Source of the DNA: a virus
IMG/VR virus record: IMGVR_UViG_3300035490_000050
Span: 1-64,000 of that record
DNA length: 64,000 bases
Direction: 5' to 3' (one strand)
The translations under genes were made by a program, and so were the position numbers. The notes beneath the pieces were generated by a model that saw nothing but the letters and a program-made list of their open reading frames with translations, ran no database searches and was not told the DNA's origin. Of the stretch, positions 9,560 to 18,921 are shown piece after piece; the stretch's first letter is position 1, and each line of letters opens with the position of its first letter.

Positions 9560-10760
9560 ATGGAATAGGATTATTTATCTACATCTTTAGTATCATACGT
9601 TTAGATGCACGCTGTACACTTGCCACACTCGCCTATATCGCGCAAGGATTAAAGACAATCAAGAGTGACGCATCATTATATATAGCGGAGTATCAGCGGG
9701 GACTATCCCGCGATACGCGGGGGACCGTTACCATATAGGCAACAGGAATCAAAGCGAATATTACTCATTAGTCAATAGGGGAGTTGAAAAGGCGAAAATT
9801 GCACATTTGCCCTAGAGCGAACGTTTAACGCCCGGATGATAGGGGAGTGTCACTTTTCACGCCGAACGCCTTAAAACGGCAGCAAATCGCAGCGCGGGGT
9901 ATGTACTATATGGTAACAATGACACTTGAAAACAGGTATCTAAAGGCAATAAATACAGTAACTTACAGGATATTTGTTTGGAATCTTAAAAGGTTACCAT
10001 TTAAGCAATAGGAGTATTGATTCTAAACGGTTTAACTATGCCATAGGGGGCGGGGGTATCGGTTTATACCCTATGGGGGTATCCCTGAAAACCCATAACG
10101 CGCAAGGATAATACAGACTCTCAGATTAGTACACGGTACACGGTGGAGCACGGCAGGGGATACCCCTGCGCTTTGCGGGGTACGCTCACCCCTTGCTCAC
10201 CGCTCACAGCGTCAAGGGACCGGCAAAGCAAATAATCATTACCGCTCGCCTTGACGTTTGTACGCAGTTCCACCGTTCGATTATTCCCGATGGAGTGACG
10301 CCTTTTAGCTCGCTCGCCATTCGTCTAAGCGCTATCAAAGAATCAAGGCGCATATAAACGGACGTACACGCGGCAATGGACGCGCAGGGACCGATAGACG
10401 GCCTACAGGGACCGTAAACGGGGGATAATGGGCAAATACAGGCATTTATAGGGGATTATGGGCAGGATGGAGATATAGCGCCGATCTAGCGCCTTGCTTA
10501 ATCTACGCAATGGGGATTATAGGCAGGTAACCACTGCCGGTAATGGCATTATTCGCGGGATAATAGGCTAGTTGTACCTGTATGGCAGTCCACTTGCTAG
10601 GCTAGGAGTTGTCCACGATAGCGCACGGCTCGAAGACGACTTACGGCTTGGAGGGTTGTGGTTAAAACAAGGAAAATCGGTAGGCGCAGGAAAATGAAAT
10701 AAAAAAATAGGAAATTTGGAAAAAGAAAAAAGGGGAGCGCAAGAAAATAATTTTGGTTTT
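9560..10760. other. Divergent non-coding control region (candidate ori, pac or genome-end region)
   Basis: About 1.2 kb with no convincing ORF at the strand switch; repeats, palindromes and an A-tract. Confidence 0.6.
10422..10568 (+). repeat. Four iteron-like 12-mers GGGATWATRGGC
   Basis: Copies start at 10422, 10452, 10513 and 10557. Confidence 0.8.
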
Positions 10761-10764
10761 GCTA

Positions 10765-10794
10765 TTGACAACGGAAATGCGGTGTGAGTATAGT
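10765..10794 (+). promoter_or_regulatory. Rightward sigma70-type promoter
   Basis: TTGACA-18 nt-TATAGT with an upstream A-tract; ATG 10804 follows almost leaderless. Confidence 0.75.
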
Positions 10795-10803
10795 TGCATC
10801 ATT

Positions 10804-11427
10804 ATGAGTGTAGTTGAACGGAAATCGTGGCATTGCGATGTTTGCGGATTTGAGTGGCTGAGGACGGAGGGAATAAATCCGGTTCAGTGCGCGTCGAGTA
10901 AATGTCGGAGTCGGAAGTGGAATTTAATGGGAGGGGAAATAAATGGCAAACCGGGAATTGAAAGTATATCAGGAGCAAATGGCGGCGTTGAAGCTGGAAA
11001 TTCGGCGGGACGGGTGGAACCGGGGAATTCGGGCGGCGGCAAGGTTGGCGGGGAATTGCTGGGTGGTAGGGACGGAGCACCGAGAGCAGGCAGAGGAAAC
11101 GGGAAAGGCGATATTAAAGCTGATAAAGCCGCCCTTGAAAGAGGGAAGATACGGGATGCTGGCGGTGAAGCGGTAGAGTTTGTTCGCGCACCGGAATTGA
11201 CGGAAGAGCGTAAAGCGCAAGGATGGGAATTAAACAAGCGGGTTCCTGCGCGGCCTTTGGAGAATCCGATAGAGACGGACGCGGTAGGAACTACGGGGTG
11301 CAAGGTGACGGTTTCTAGGCCGATGGCGGGGCATCCTGCGCCGGAGTGGAGATGCGTGTGCGGGTCTACGGGGAAGCGGATGAAGGGGAAGGAATTGGTC
11401 TGCTTTAGTTGTGGGAGAGGGGTATAG
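10804..11427 (+). CDS. Protein with N- and C-terminal Zn ribbons and a Gly-rich middle
   Basis: CDVCGFEW...CASSKCRSRKWN and CVCG...CFSCG. Confidence 0.6.
   Translation: MSVVERKSWHCDVCGFEWLRTEGINPVQCASSKCRSRKWNLMGGEINGKPGIESISGANGGVEAGNSAGRVEPGNSGGGKVGGELLGGRDGAPRAGRGNGKGDIKADKAALERGKIRDAGGEAVEFVRAPELTEERKAQGWELNKRVPARPLENPIETDAVGTTGCKVTVSRPMAGHPAPEWRCVCGSTGKRMKGKELVCFSCGRGV
10943..11176 (+). CDS. Nested hypothetical protein (MANRELKVYQ...)
   Basis: Own GGAGGGG RBS; helical, protein-like composition; lies inside 10804-11427 in another frame. Confidence 0.5.
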   Translation: MANRELKVYQEQMAALKLEIRRDGWNRGIRAAARLAGNCWVVGTEHREQAEETGKAILKLIKPPLKEGRYGMLAVKR

Positions 11428-11429
11428 AG

Positions 11430-11606
11430 ATGAAATTCTTTGCGTTAATAGCAGTCTTGGCTATAATCTTGGCTGCTTGTGGGGTGTTTGGGGAGTTGGC
11501 GCAAGCAATAATAGTAGCCGCAGGAGTGATCGTGCTTTGCGCAGTTGGAGTGCTTTTCGTTATTTTCTGGTTTGTTATGTTTTTCATGTCGCTAAATTCA
11601 CTTTGA
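11430..11606 (+). CDS. Small two-TM membrane protein
   Basis: Two hydrophobic stretches; possible LAAC lipobox. Confidence 0.6.
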   Translation: MKFFALIAVLAIILAACGVFGELAQAIIVAAGVIVLCAVGVLFVIFWFVMFFMSLNSL

Positions 11607-11617
11607 AGGGAGATGAA

Positions 11618-11875
11618 ATGAGCGTCGCTAATCAATATATCACCGCAAATATCTGGCGCGGCGAACTGGATTATTGTTCTGTTGGCGATGTGCTGTACTG
11701 GGTGGAACCACTGGAAGATTACATAGTGAGTACAAAGCTGCGAAGCCAGTCTTTAGCGTCTGTAGCTGGCGTATTTGTGGATCAAGAGATAGTGCGTAGA
11801 GTGCTTGGCGAGTGCGGAACTATTAAAGCTATGGATGGGTATGAAGGGATTTTCGTTCTACAGAGGAATATATGA
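11618..11875 (+). CDS. Hypothetical protein
   Basis: GGGGAG RBS; ATGA overlap with next gene. Confidence 0.55.
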   Translation: MSVANQYITANIWRGELDYCSVGDVLYWVEPLEDYIVSTKLRSQSLASVAGVFVDQEIVRRVLGECGTIKAMDGYEGIFVLQRNI

Positions 11876-12195
11876 TTTCACGGCGCGGATTTTTCGGATT
11901 ATTGGGCGGCGCTTTGGCGGCTGAGGCTGCGCGGAAGATTTACGTCCTGCCGCCTTTGGGTGGGTGGAGATGTGCGGGCGGGGTTATTACGCCGGGGGAG
12001 ACGCTGTTTTATTTGTCGCCGGAAAATTGGTCGTACCGCAATACAATCACAGGCCACGTTTCGGAGGCGATTCCTGAAATTGTGAGGTTAATTCACACCT
12101 TCGCCTACCCGGAAATGGATGTGATGGATATTTACCGGCAACTGGATAAAGTTGATATTCATTATTGTCAGACGATTTTAGGAGTCAAGGGATGA
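11872..12195 (+). CDS. Protein with a twin-arginine (Tat)-like signal peptide
   Basis: MISRRGFFGLLGGALAAEAA. Confidence 0.6.
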   Translation: MISRRGFFGLLGGALAAEAARKIYVLPPLGGWRCAGGVITPGETLFYLSPENWSYRNTITGHVSEAIPEIVRLIHTFAYPEMDVMDIYRQLDKVDIHYCQTILGVKG

Positions 12196-14536
12196 GCACA
12201 GTGAAGTGCGAGAGTTGCGATGGGACTGGGCAAGTAACGATTGTGCTCAAGGCTCGTTCGGTGGGAATTTCGACATTAGCATTAGGTGGCATGGGAAAGG
12301 TTCATTGCCATAGGTGCGGCGGTACAGGGCAGTTCAACGAGCATGACTTCGTGGACACCGGAAATAGAGATCGCCAATGCCGTGCATGTGGGGCGATAGA
12401 TTGCAGCACGATGGGTGAGTGGTGGTGCGGCGGGAGAAAATAATGCGCGGAACTATTTTTGAATACGATGGCCTTAGATTCAAGGCGCAGGACGATGAAA
12501 TATGTTCATTGCTTTCTGATGCTGCGATTTTCGAGAAAGCGGGAACTTGCAGCCTTAAAACGGCTATGAGAGTTGCCTTGGAATGTCAGAGGATAACGTT
12601 GGCTGATTTGCCGGTTCCCGTGGGGTGCGTATGATGGATAGGATAATTTTTCCACCAGACTTTCCGGGGAACGAAATCAATATACAGCGCCGACAGCTAT
12701 TGCGCGATGGGGTGCCTTGTAGCCATCCGGGGTGCCTGAAGCACGTTACGCATCCATGCGAGGGCTGTGGGCGCGTAGGAGGGCGTAGGGAGTGCCAGCA
12801 TGAGCGATTAAACGAAGATGGCATCTGCCGCGTCTGTGGGAAAGATAGGAGAGGAATCTGATGCGAGTGATATTCGTTTCAAAAGATGCACAGGAAAAAG
12901 ATAATGCTGACAACGAACGCTATCGTCAACAGGAAGATCGTCAGCGAGTGGAGCAATTTCGCCGTGACGACTTGGACCAAGAGAGAGGCGTTTGGAATGA
13001 GACACTGCAAGCCAGAATCGGGCAGGAGTGGTCTCTGTCGAAGGCTTTGGAAGATGCTGATAAGGCGCTTGCAGCCTATCGAGAGAGGTTCCAATGATGG
13101 GCGCTGACGAGAAGTTTGTTCGGGAGAATTGGGAGCATGTGAGGTCGTGGGTACGCGACCTTGATTCCTATGGGACTGACCAATTTAATGTCGCCTTATT
13201 CCTCAACGAAAAAGATGCGAAGTGGTGCGACAATCCTTTCAAGAGATGGCAAATGGATTTTGGGAAAGAGAAGGTAGTATGGAAATTAGCGGCGGAATTT
13301 ACGCGGGGGAGGATTGAAGAAATTCGGCTTCTTGAAGAAGAGATTTCGACGCAAGGAGAATTTTGTCAGCATGGCGACGAATGTGGACTTTGCGCTGTCG
13401 TAGCTCGCACGGTTGGACGTTTACAGGCGGCGCTGGCGGAATTAAAGAGGGGTATGAAATGAATCCTAAAACGCTAGAGGATATGATTGCTCACGTCAAA
13501 AAGTATCCGGGATGGACGATGTATCCGCCCGATATTGACGCTATCGGGAATCGTGTGGAAGTGGCGAAAAAGATTGCGAAAGAAACAGGGACTATTCTTG
13601 AATGGGATGTTTTCGGGAGTCCGCGATTTATGCCTACTGATTATAGGCAGCGGATGGACATCAAAGCGGGTTGGGAAAGGTGCGATTTGGACAGCAAGGA
13701 TTATGGAGCGCCGAAGGAGCCTGAATACAATCCTGAGACGGGCGAGGAATTAGAAGAGGGATGCTATATGATGGCTCACAATACTCCTGACGGCTTATGC
13801 GATCCGATTACTGGCTGTCCGGGTTGCGCTCAGGAGCGGAGACGAAGGGCGAGGGAGGGGAAATGAGCAAATCTATCTGGATTATTGAAGCAAGACGAAG
13901 AAATCCAAATGATCCTTGGGGGCCGTGGGAAGAGATGCGAACAGGACAGACCACTACCGCCTATCCATCGAAGCCTTTCACCGCAACTAACGACGAATCT
14001 GCATACCAGCGCCGCCCCGTAGAGTATAAGCGCATGGAACCAGAACCACCTAACCTTGTATTGCAAGAGACGCCGATGATATTCACTGTTCCAAAAGCAG
14101 GTCGCTATTGCATAGGAGCGGACTACGGACAGGCATCGGATGAGACAGTAGCGGCTTTGATGAGAATAGGAGAAGATGGGGAACCTGATGAATTGATTTC
14201 CATCCTTCGGCGCGATAAGGAAACTGGTAAATGGGAGCAGGAATGCCAGACGAAGTAACATGGCGTGTCAGTCCACAGGTATTCCACGATCTACACACGA
14301 TCATCGGCAATCATCTTACTGAAATGGCTTGGGATGAGGCTAGGACGCAACTAGACGGTATTCCTCGCACTGACGGTGCTGATGCAGCGGCGATGGAGAT
14401 TCGTGAGAAATATAATCTTAGTTACCTTCCTATCGGAACTCAGGTAAAGGTGATTGTGGACTACAAGATGGATGGGTACGACAAACCGGAGTATGGCAAG
14501 CAGTGCCAGCCGGGACCGGGGGAAAAGGGGGAGTGA
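12192..14536 (+). other. Eight coupled small hypothetical genes, several Cys-rich (12192-12443, 12443-12634, 12631-12861, 12861-13097, 13094-13462, 13459-13866, 13863-14258, 14243-14536)
   Basis: ATGA/TAATG/TGATG overlaps and purine-rich RBSs; CxxC motifs. Confidence 0.65.
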
Positions 14537-14970
14537 TGCTTCTTAATTACACAACCAAGGTAGCAAGCGCCAAAACAGTCTCGCAGATTCAAGAGATTCT
14601 TGGGGCTAAAGGTGCTTGCCATGTTTCAGTTGATTATCAGAGCGGCAAGGCGACAGCGGTCATATTCGGCCTGAATATCGGCAAGAACACCGTCCACTTC
14701 CGGCTTCCCTGCAACGTGCAGGGTGTGAGCGCCGCACTCAAGAAAGGCAGTCAGAGAAGCGGAATCTGGCGGGATATTCCTCAATGCGAACGTATTGCAT
14801 GGCGCATCGTCAAGGACTGGGTAGAGGCGCAGATGGCCCTTGTGGAAGCTCAACAGGCCGAGATCGCCGAAGTGTTCCTGCCGTATGCGGTTGCGCCGAA
14901 TGGAGAGACATTTTTCCAGCATTTCAAGAGCAATCAATTGGCGCTAGGGGCAGGAGAAAAGGGGGAGTGA
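14536..14970 (+). CDS. Conserved-type phage hypothetical protein
   Basis: NYTTKV...TVSQIQEIL...FRLP...AWRIVKDWVEAQ...EVFLPY, a pattern familiar from phage proteins. Confidence 0.7.
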   Translation: MLLNYTTKVASAKTVSQIQEILGAKGACHVSVDYQSGKATAVIFGLNIGKNTVHFRLPCNVQGVSAALKKGSQRSGIWRDIPQCERIAWRIVKDWVEAQMALVEAQQAEIAEVFLPYAVAPNGETFFQHFKSNQLALGAGEKGE

Positions 14971-16627
14971 TGGCAGTTAAGAAAACGAAAGCGAAGGATG
15001 GGGCAATAATCCCTAAAGTAGCAGAGAAGGTGAGCGCGGAACCTCTCTTCAAAAAAGGGGATTTCTGTTTCCACGGAGATATGCTGGTATGTGTCGAAGA
15101 GGGCATCTGGGTAGAGGAATTGACCTGCTTCCGATACCACATCTATTACACGGGCGGAACAAAGATGGAGCCATGCGCTGAGCCGTTTCATCTTGGCGGC
15201 GGCGGTTCTTTTTGGTGGTCAGAGAAAGAACTGACAGCGATTACCGATCCCGTCCTTCTGCTCCGCGCATCCTTAACCAAAGAATTAAAGCGCGTGGCAG
15301 ACGCGGAACAAGATATTCGTTACGCCAACCGCAAGATCGAATCGCTTCGGATTGCGCTTGAAACAGTAGTTCCCGCGCAAAAGAAACCGGAGGCGCCCCA
15401 TGCCTGAGTTGACAGCGCAGGAAGCAATCGAATTGGCGCAGGAAAAGTTTGGTGCGGGAACCTATGCGCTCGAAAAGGCGAACCGCTTTCCCCGCTATGT
15501 GATTGAGGATTGGCGTGGATGTGTCATTGGGCAAGGCTTATCCTACGAAAGCGCAATCGCAAACGCGGAGCAGTATGTAGAAATGAAATCGGAGGCACCC
15601 CATGAGTGAACTGACAGCAGCGCAGGAGCGGGAGTACGTCGAGAGCAAGTGGATGGGTGTGACCATCGAGTATAACAACTGCGGGATGGCGAACAGCTAT
15701 TGGTCGGTTACTACGCAAGATTGTTCCCGCTGGCGCGGCGCATCGAGGCCGAGAAGAAAGGGCAAGGCAATGAGAACTAAGTGCCAAAGATGTGGAGATG
15801 AATGCGAGGCATCTGATAGCACTAAGCTCTCCGCTCGCCCATTCAAACGTGCGCGTCAGGGCTTCTGCGCTCCCTGTGTAGTCTGCAACTTCTTCCAAGC
15901 GGACGGCGACCAAGGAATAGTTTTTTCTTTGCCACTCAATTTCGACCCTCAAGGGTTGAGGTTGGCGCATATTCAGAGACAGTTCGCTCGCATACTAGAG
16001 ATCGGCTGCTCAGAGTTGAGAGCGGAGCAGATCGACTGGGACAAGGTAATTGAGAAATGGCAAATCGCAGCGAAGAAAGGGAGCCATGAGCAAAAAGCCT
16101 AAAGTAGAGATTTGCGCTTACTGCGATCAGAAGATCACTCGCCAGAGGACACCACAGGGATTTCCCCGCTTTGCGTGGAAGGCCGAATCTCCCGGCGGAT
16201 GGTACTGCCCTCAAGCGGGCGGCGATTGCTGGCATAGCCCGAAACAAGAAAGGGAGCCATGAAAAGTAGCAGACTCAAAGGGCACGCGCTGAAATATGAC
16301 TGGGTTCCCAGTGGCGATTCGTTCTACCCTTATACTGCCCGCTATGGTTGCCGCTGCGGTCAGAATATGGATGAACCAGCAACAGCGAAAGAAGCCCGCG
16401 CATGGCACCGTGCGCACAAGGCCGAGGTGCTGGCCAAGATGGACAAAGTACTGGACTCTCTGACAGACCTGATGCAGGAGGTCGCAGACGAAGACCCTGA
16501 CTTCTGCGACCGGCTTGCGGCAGACAATGACCGCATGATGAAGGCCGCAGTCCTGCCCAGCGCGGCTAACCTGGACGCGGTAGCAGCCGAGCAGCGGGCT
16601 GCGGAGGCAAAGGAAAGCGCAGAATAA
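14970..16627 (+). other. Small hypothetical genes (14970-15407, 15400-15609, 15602-16102, 16086-16262, 16259-16627)
   Basis: Coupled ORFs with RBSs; Zn-finger-like motifs in several. Confidence 0.65.
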
Positions 16628-16665
16628 ACTTGACATATTCCTGCGCCGTATGAGAGAGTCTCTGT

Positions 16666-17310
16666 GTGAAGCCATACTACAGCGAAAAGGGAATTTTAAT
16701 ATATCACGCGGATTGGAGAGATGTTCCAATTGAACTACTGAAAGCGGATTTGCTTTTAACCGATTGCCCGTACGGGATCGGAGAGGCGAAGGGAAAGAAC
16801 AAGAGCCGAACAAAACTAGCGGTCGCCAAGGATTACGGAACGAGTGATTGGGATGATGAACCACCATCGGACTTTGATCTGATTCGCTTGAGGGACTTGA
16901 CGAAGTACCAAATCATCTTTGGCGGTAACTATTTTGTCCTTCCGCCTTCAAAGTGCTGGCTGGTTTGGGATAAGGTGAACGGGGCAAATGATTTTGCAGA
17001 CTGTGAGTTGGCATGGACGAATCTGGACAAAGCGGTGAGGATTTTCCACTACATGTGGAACGGAATGCTGAAAGAGAATCCAGAGTATCGAATGCATCCG
17101 ACTCAGAAGCCGCGAAATTTGTTTTCATGGTGTCTCACGCAAGTTCCCAGTGACGTTAGGAGCGTTCTTGATCCTTACGCTGGAGTTGGTACTACAGCGG
17201 TGTGCTGCAAGGCTGTAGGACTTAGTTGTATTTGCGTGGAGCGCGAAGAGAAGTATTGCGCCGATGCGGTTCACAGGTTGCAACAGGAATGCTTTGATTG
17301 GGAGGCGTGA
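16666..17310 (+). CDS. Beta-class N4-cytosine/N6-adenine DNA methyltransferase
   Basis: Motif IV TDCPYG, HPTQKP, motif I LDPYAGVGTT; GTG start. Confidence 0.88.
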   Translation: MKPYYSEKGILIYHADWRDVPIELLKADLLLTDCPYGIGEAKGKNKSRTKLAVAKDYGTSDWDDEPPSDFDLIRLRDLTKYQIIFGGNYFVLPPSKCWLVWDKVNGANDFADCELAWTNLDKAVRIFHYMWNGMLKENPEYRMHPTQKPRNLFSWCLTQVPSDVRSVLDPYAGVGTTAVCCKAVGLSCICVEREEKYCADAVHRLQQECFDWEA

Positions 17311-18051
17311 TGTACGGAACAGAAGATTTTCAAATGATGGTAATCAGGCGCTTGGAGGCCATTGAAGCTCGTCTTAATATCCCGACACGTTTAGGTTTGC
17401 ACCCTGAAACAGAAGAAGAGCGCATAGAACGAGAGCGGCAAGTGGATGAACTGGTAGAGGCCGCAGGAAGAAAGTTCAAGGAGTCAAACAATGTACCTAC
17501 ACTGTAAGAAATGCCTCACCAGTCGTTCAGAGGACGTGCTAGGAGCGCCCTGTAGGACCGAAGGATGCGATGGCATCATAGAAGAACAGCCAGCCTTCCA
17601 TACGCTCGTAGACACGCTTCCTGAGCCATTCTACTGCCGTCGCCGTGATGAGAGTTTTGTCGGTGCTTCCTTTCCCGGACCAGATCACTGGAATAAATTC
17701 AAATCAAACGGGGATCGCGTTTGCTCTTATTGCGGGTCGCTGCATTGGGAAGACATGCTTCGACTCGTCCATGAGTCCGCTGAAGCGCCAGAGGATGCGG
17801 ATTACAGTTCTACCGTGGAGATTGAGCCTAGCGACAAGAGTTACAAGGTTTATGTTCATCAACCTGGAGTTAGAAACGCGCACGAGGGAGGAACAAAATT
17901 CTATATGCAACATGTGCCTCGCGGTAACGATGGAAAAATTATGGTCACACAGGATCAACAAGAAGAATACGCAAAAGCAGTCAAAATGTCAAGGAAACGA
18001 TTCAATCAATACTTGGCAAAAACCTATCCACCGGGAAGGATAGGAAACTGA
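17310..18051 (+). other. Two hypothetical genes (17310-17507; 17491-18051, Cys-rich, CSYCGSLH)
   Basis: GGAGG/AGGAG RBSs, coupled. Confidence 0.6.
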
Positions 18052-18070
18052 AACACAGGGAGAGGGAAAT

Positions 18071-18913
18071 ATGTACACCAAACACACGACAGTAACACCA
18101 GAAGAAGCGCGTCTATGGCTAGACACCAAGCGCAGTAAGAATCGTCCAATTTCTGAAAATGCTGTGCTTAAATACAGCCAAATGATGCGGGACGGGAAAT
18201 GGGTGGACAACGGAAAAGGGTTAGTGTTCGGGAAGAGTGGACAGCTTTTGGATGGTCAACACCGTTTGACCGCATGTGTCCGCTCTAATAAGTCATTTGA
18301 GACAACGATCACATGGGGTGTACCTGACGAGTATTTCGACACCATTGATGATTGTAACACCCGCTCAATGGCCGATGTACTGCACATCAGGGGAGAAGCC
18401 AACCCTAATCTTCTTTCGGCAGGATTGCGATTCCTCTGGCTCTATGTTAGGGGCGAGATCGAGCATAAGGACTTGAGAAGAGGACAGGTATGCACGAAAC
18501 AACTCTTGCAGGCAACTCTTGATAAGAATCCTAAAATCAGGAGTTCGGTCAAGTTCTACGGTTTACTTAAGAATCGTCCTGGCGGCTTATTGATTAGCGC
18601 AGGTATGGCGATTGGATTGCATTATCTTTTCTCTCTTGTAGACGAAAAGAAAGCGGATGAGTTTTTCAATCGGTTTCAATCTGGACTAGAGTTGACAGAG
18701 GATAATCCAGTCTATATTCTTCGCAATAGGCTTATTGCTGCACAAAAGGAAGTATCGACACGATTGACCAACTCTGCGACTTACTATTACACAGTCATGT
18801 CGTGGAACGCCTACGTCAAAGGAACATATGTGAAGCGTCTTGTGTTTGCTCCAGACGTTCCACAGATTGAGATTGACGATCTTCCGAAAAAGGTGATGAA
18901 GGATTTGCTGTAG
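18071..18913 (+). CDS. ParB-like / DGQHR-motif protein
   Basis: NRPIS...Y...MRDGKW...GQLLDGQHRLTA...DTID...RS. Confidence 0.8.
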   Translation: MYTKHTTVTPEEARLWLDTKRSKNRPISENAVLKYSQMMRDGKWVDNGKGLVFGKSGQLLDGQHRLTACVRSNKSFETTITWGVPDEYFDTIDDCNTRSMADVLHIRGEANPNLLSAGLRFLWLYVRGEIEHKDLRRGQVCTKQLLQATLDKNPKIRSSVKFYGLLKNRPGGLLISAGMAIGLHYLFSLVDEKKADEFFNRFQSGLELTEDNPVYILRNRLIAAQKEVSTRLTNSATYYYTVMSWNAYVKGTYVKRLVFAPDVPQIEIDDLPKKVMKDLL

Positions 18914-18921
18914 GAGGCAGA

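Noticed and set aside
9496-9738. 80-aa ORF in the control region
   Set aside because: TTG start, no RBS, and it overlaps the leftward promoter
14503-15609. GEKGE and EAPH C-terminal endings as protein motifs
   Set aside because: They are translations of the duplicated RBS/start DNA repeats, not independent protein signals
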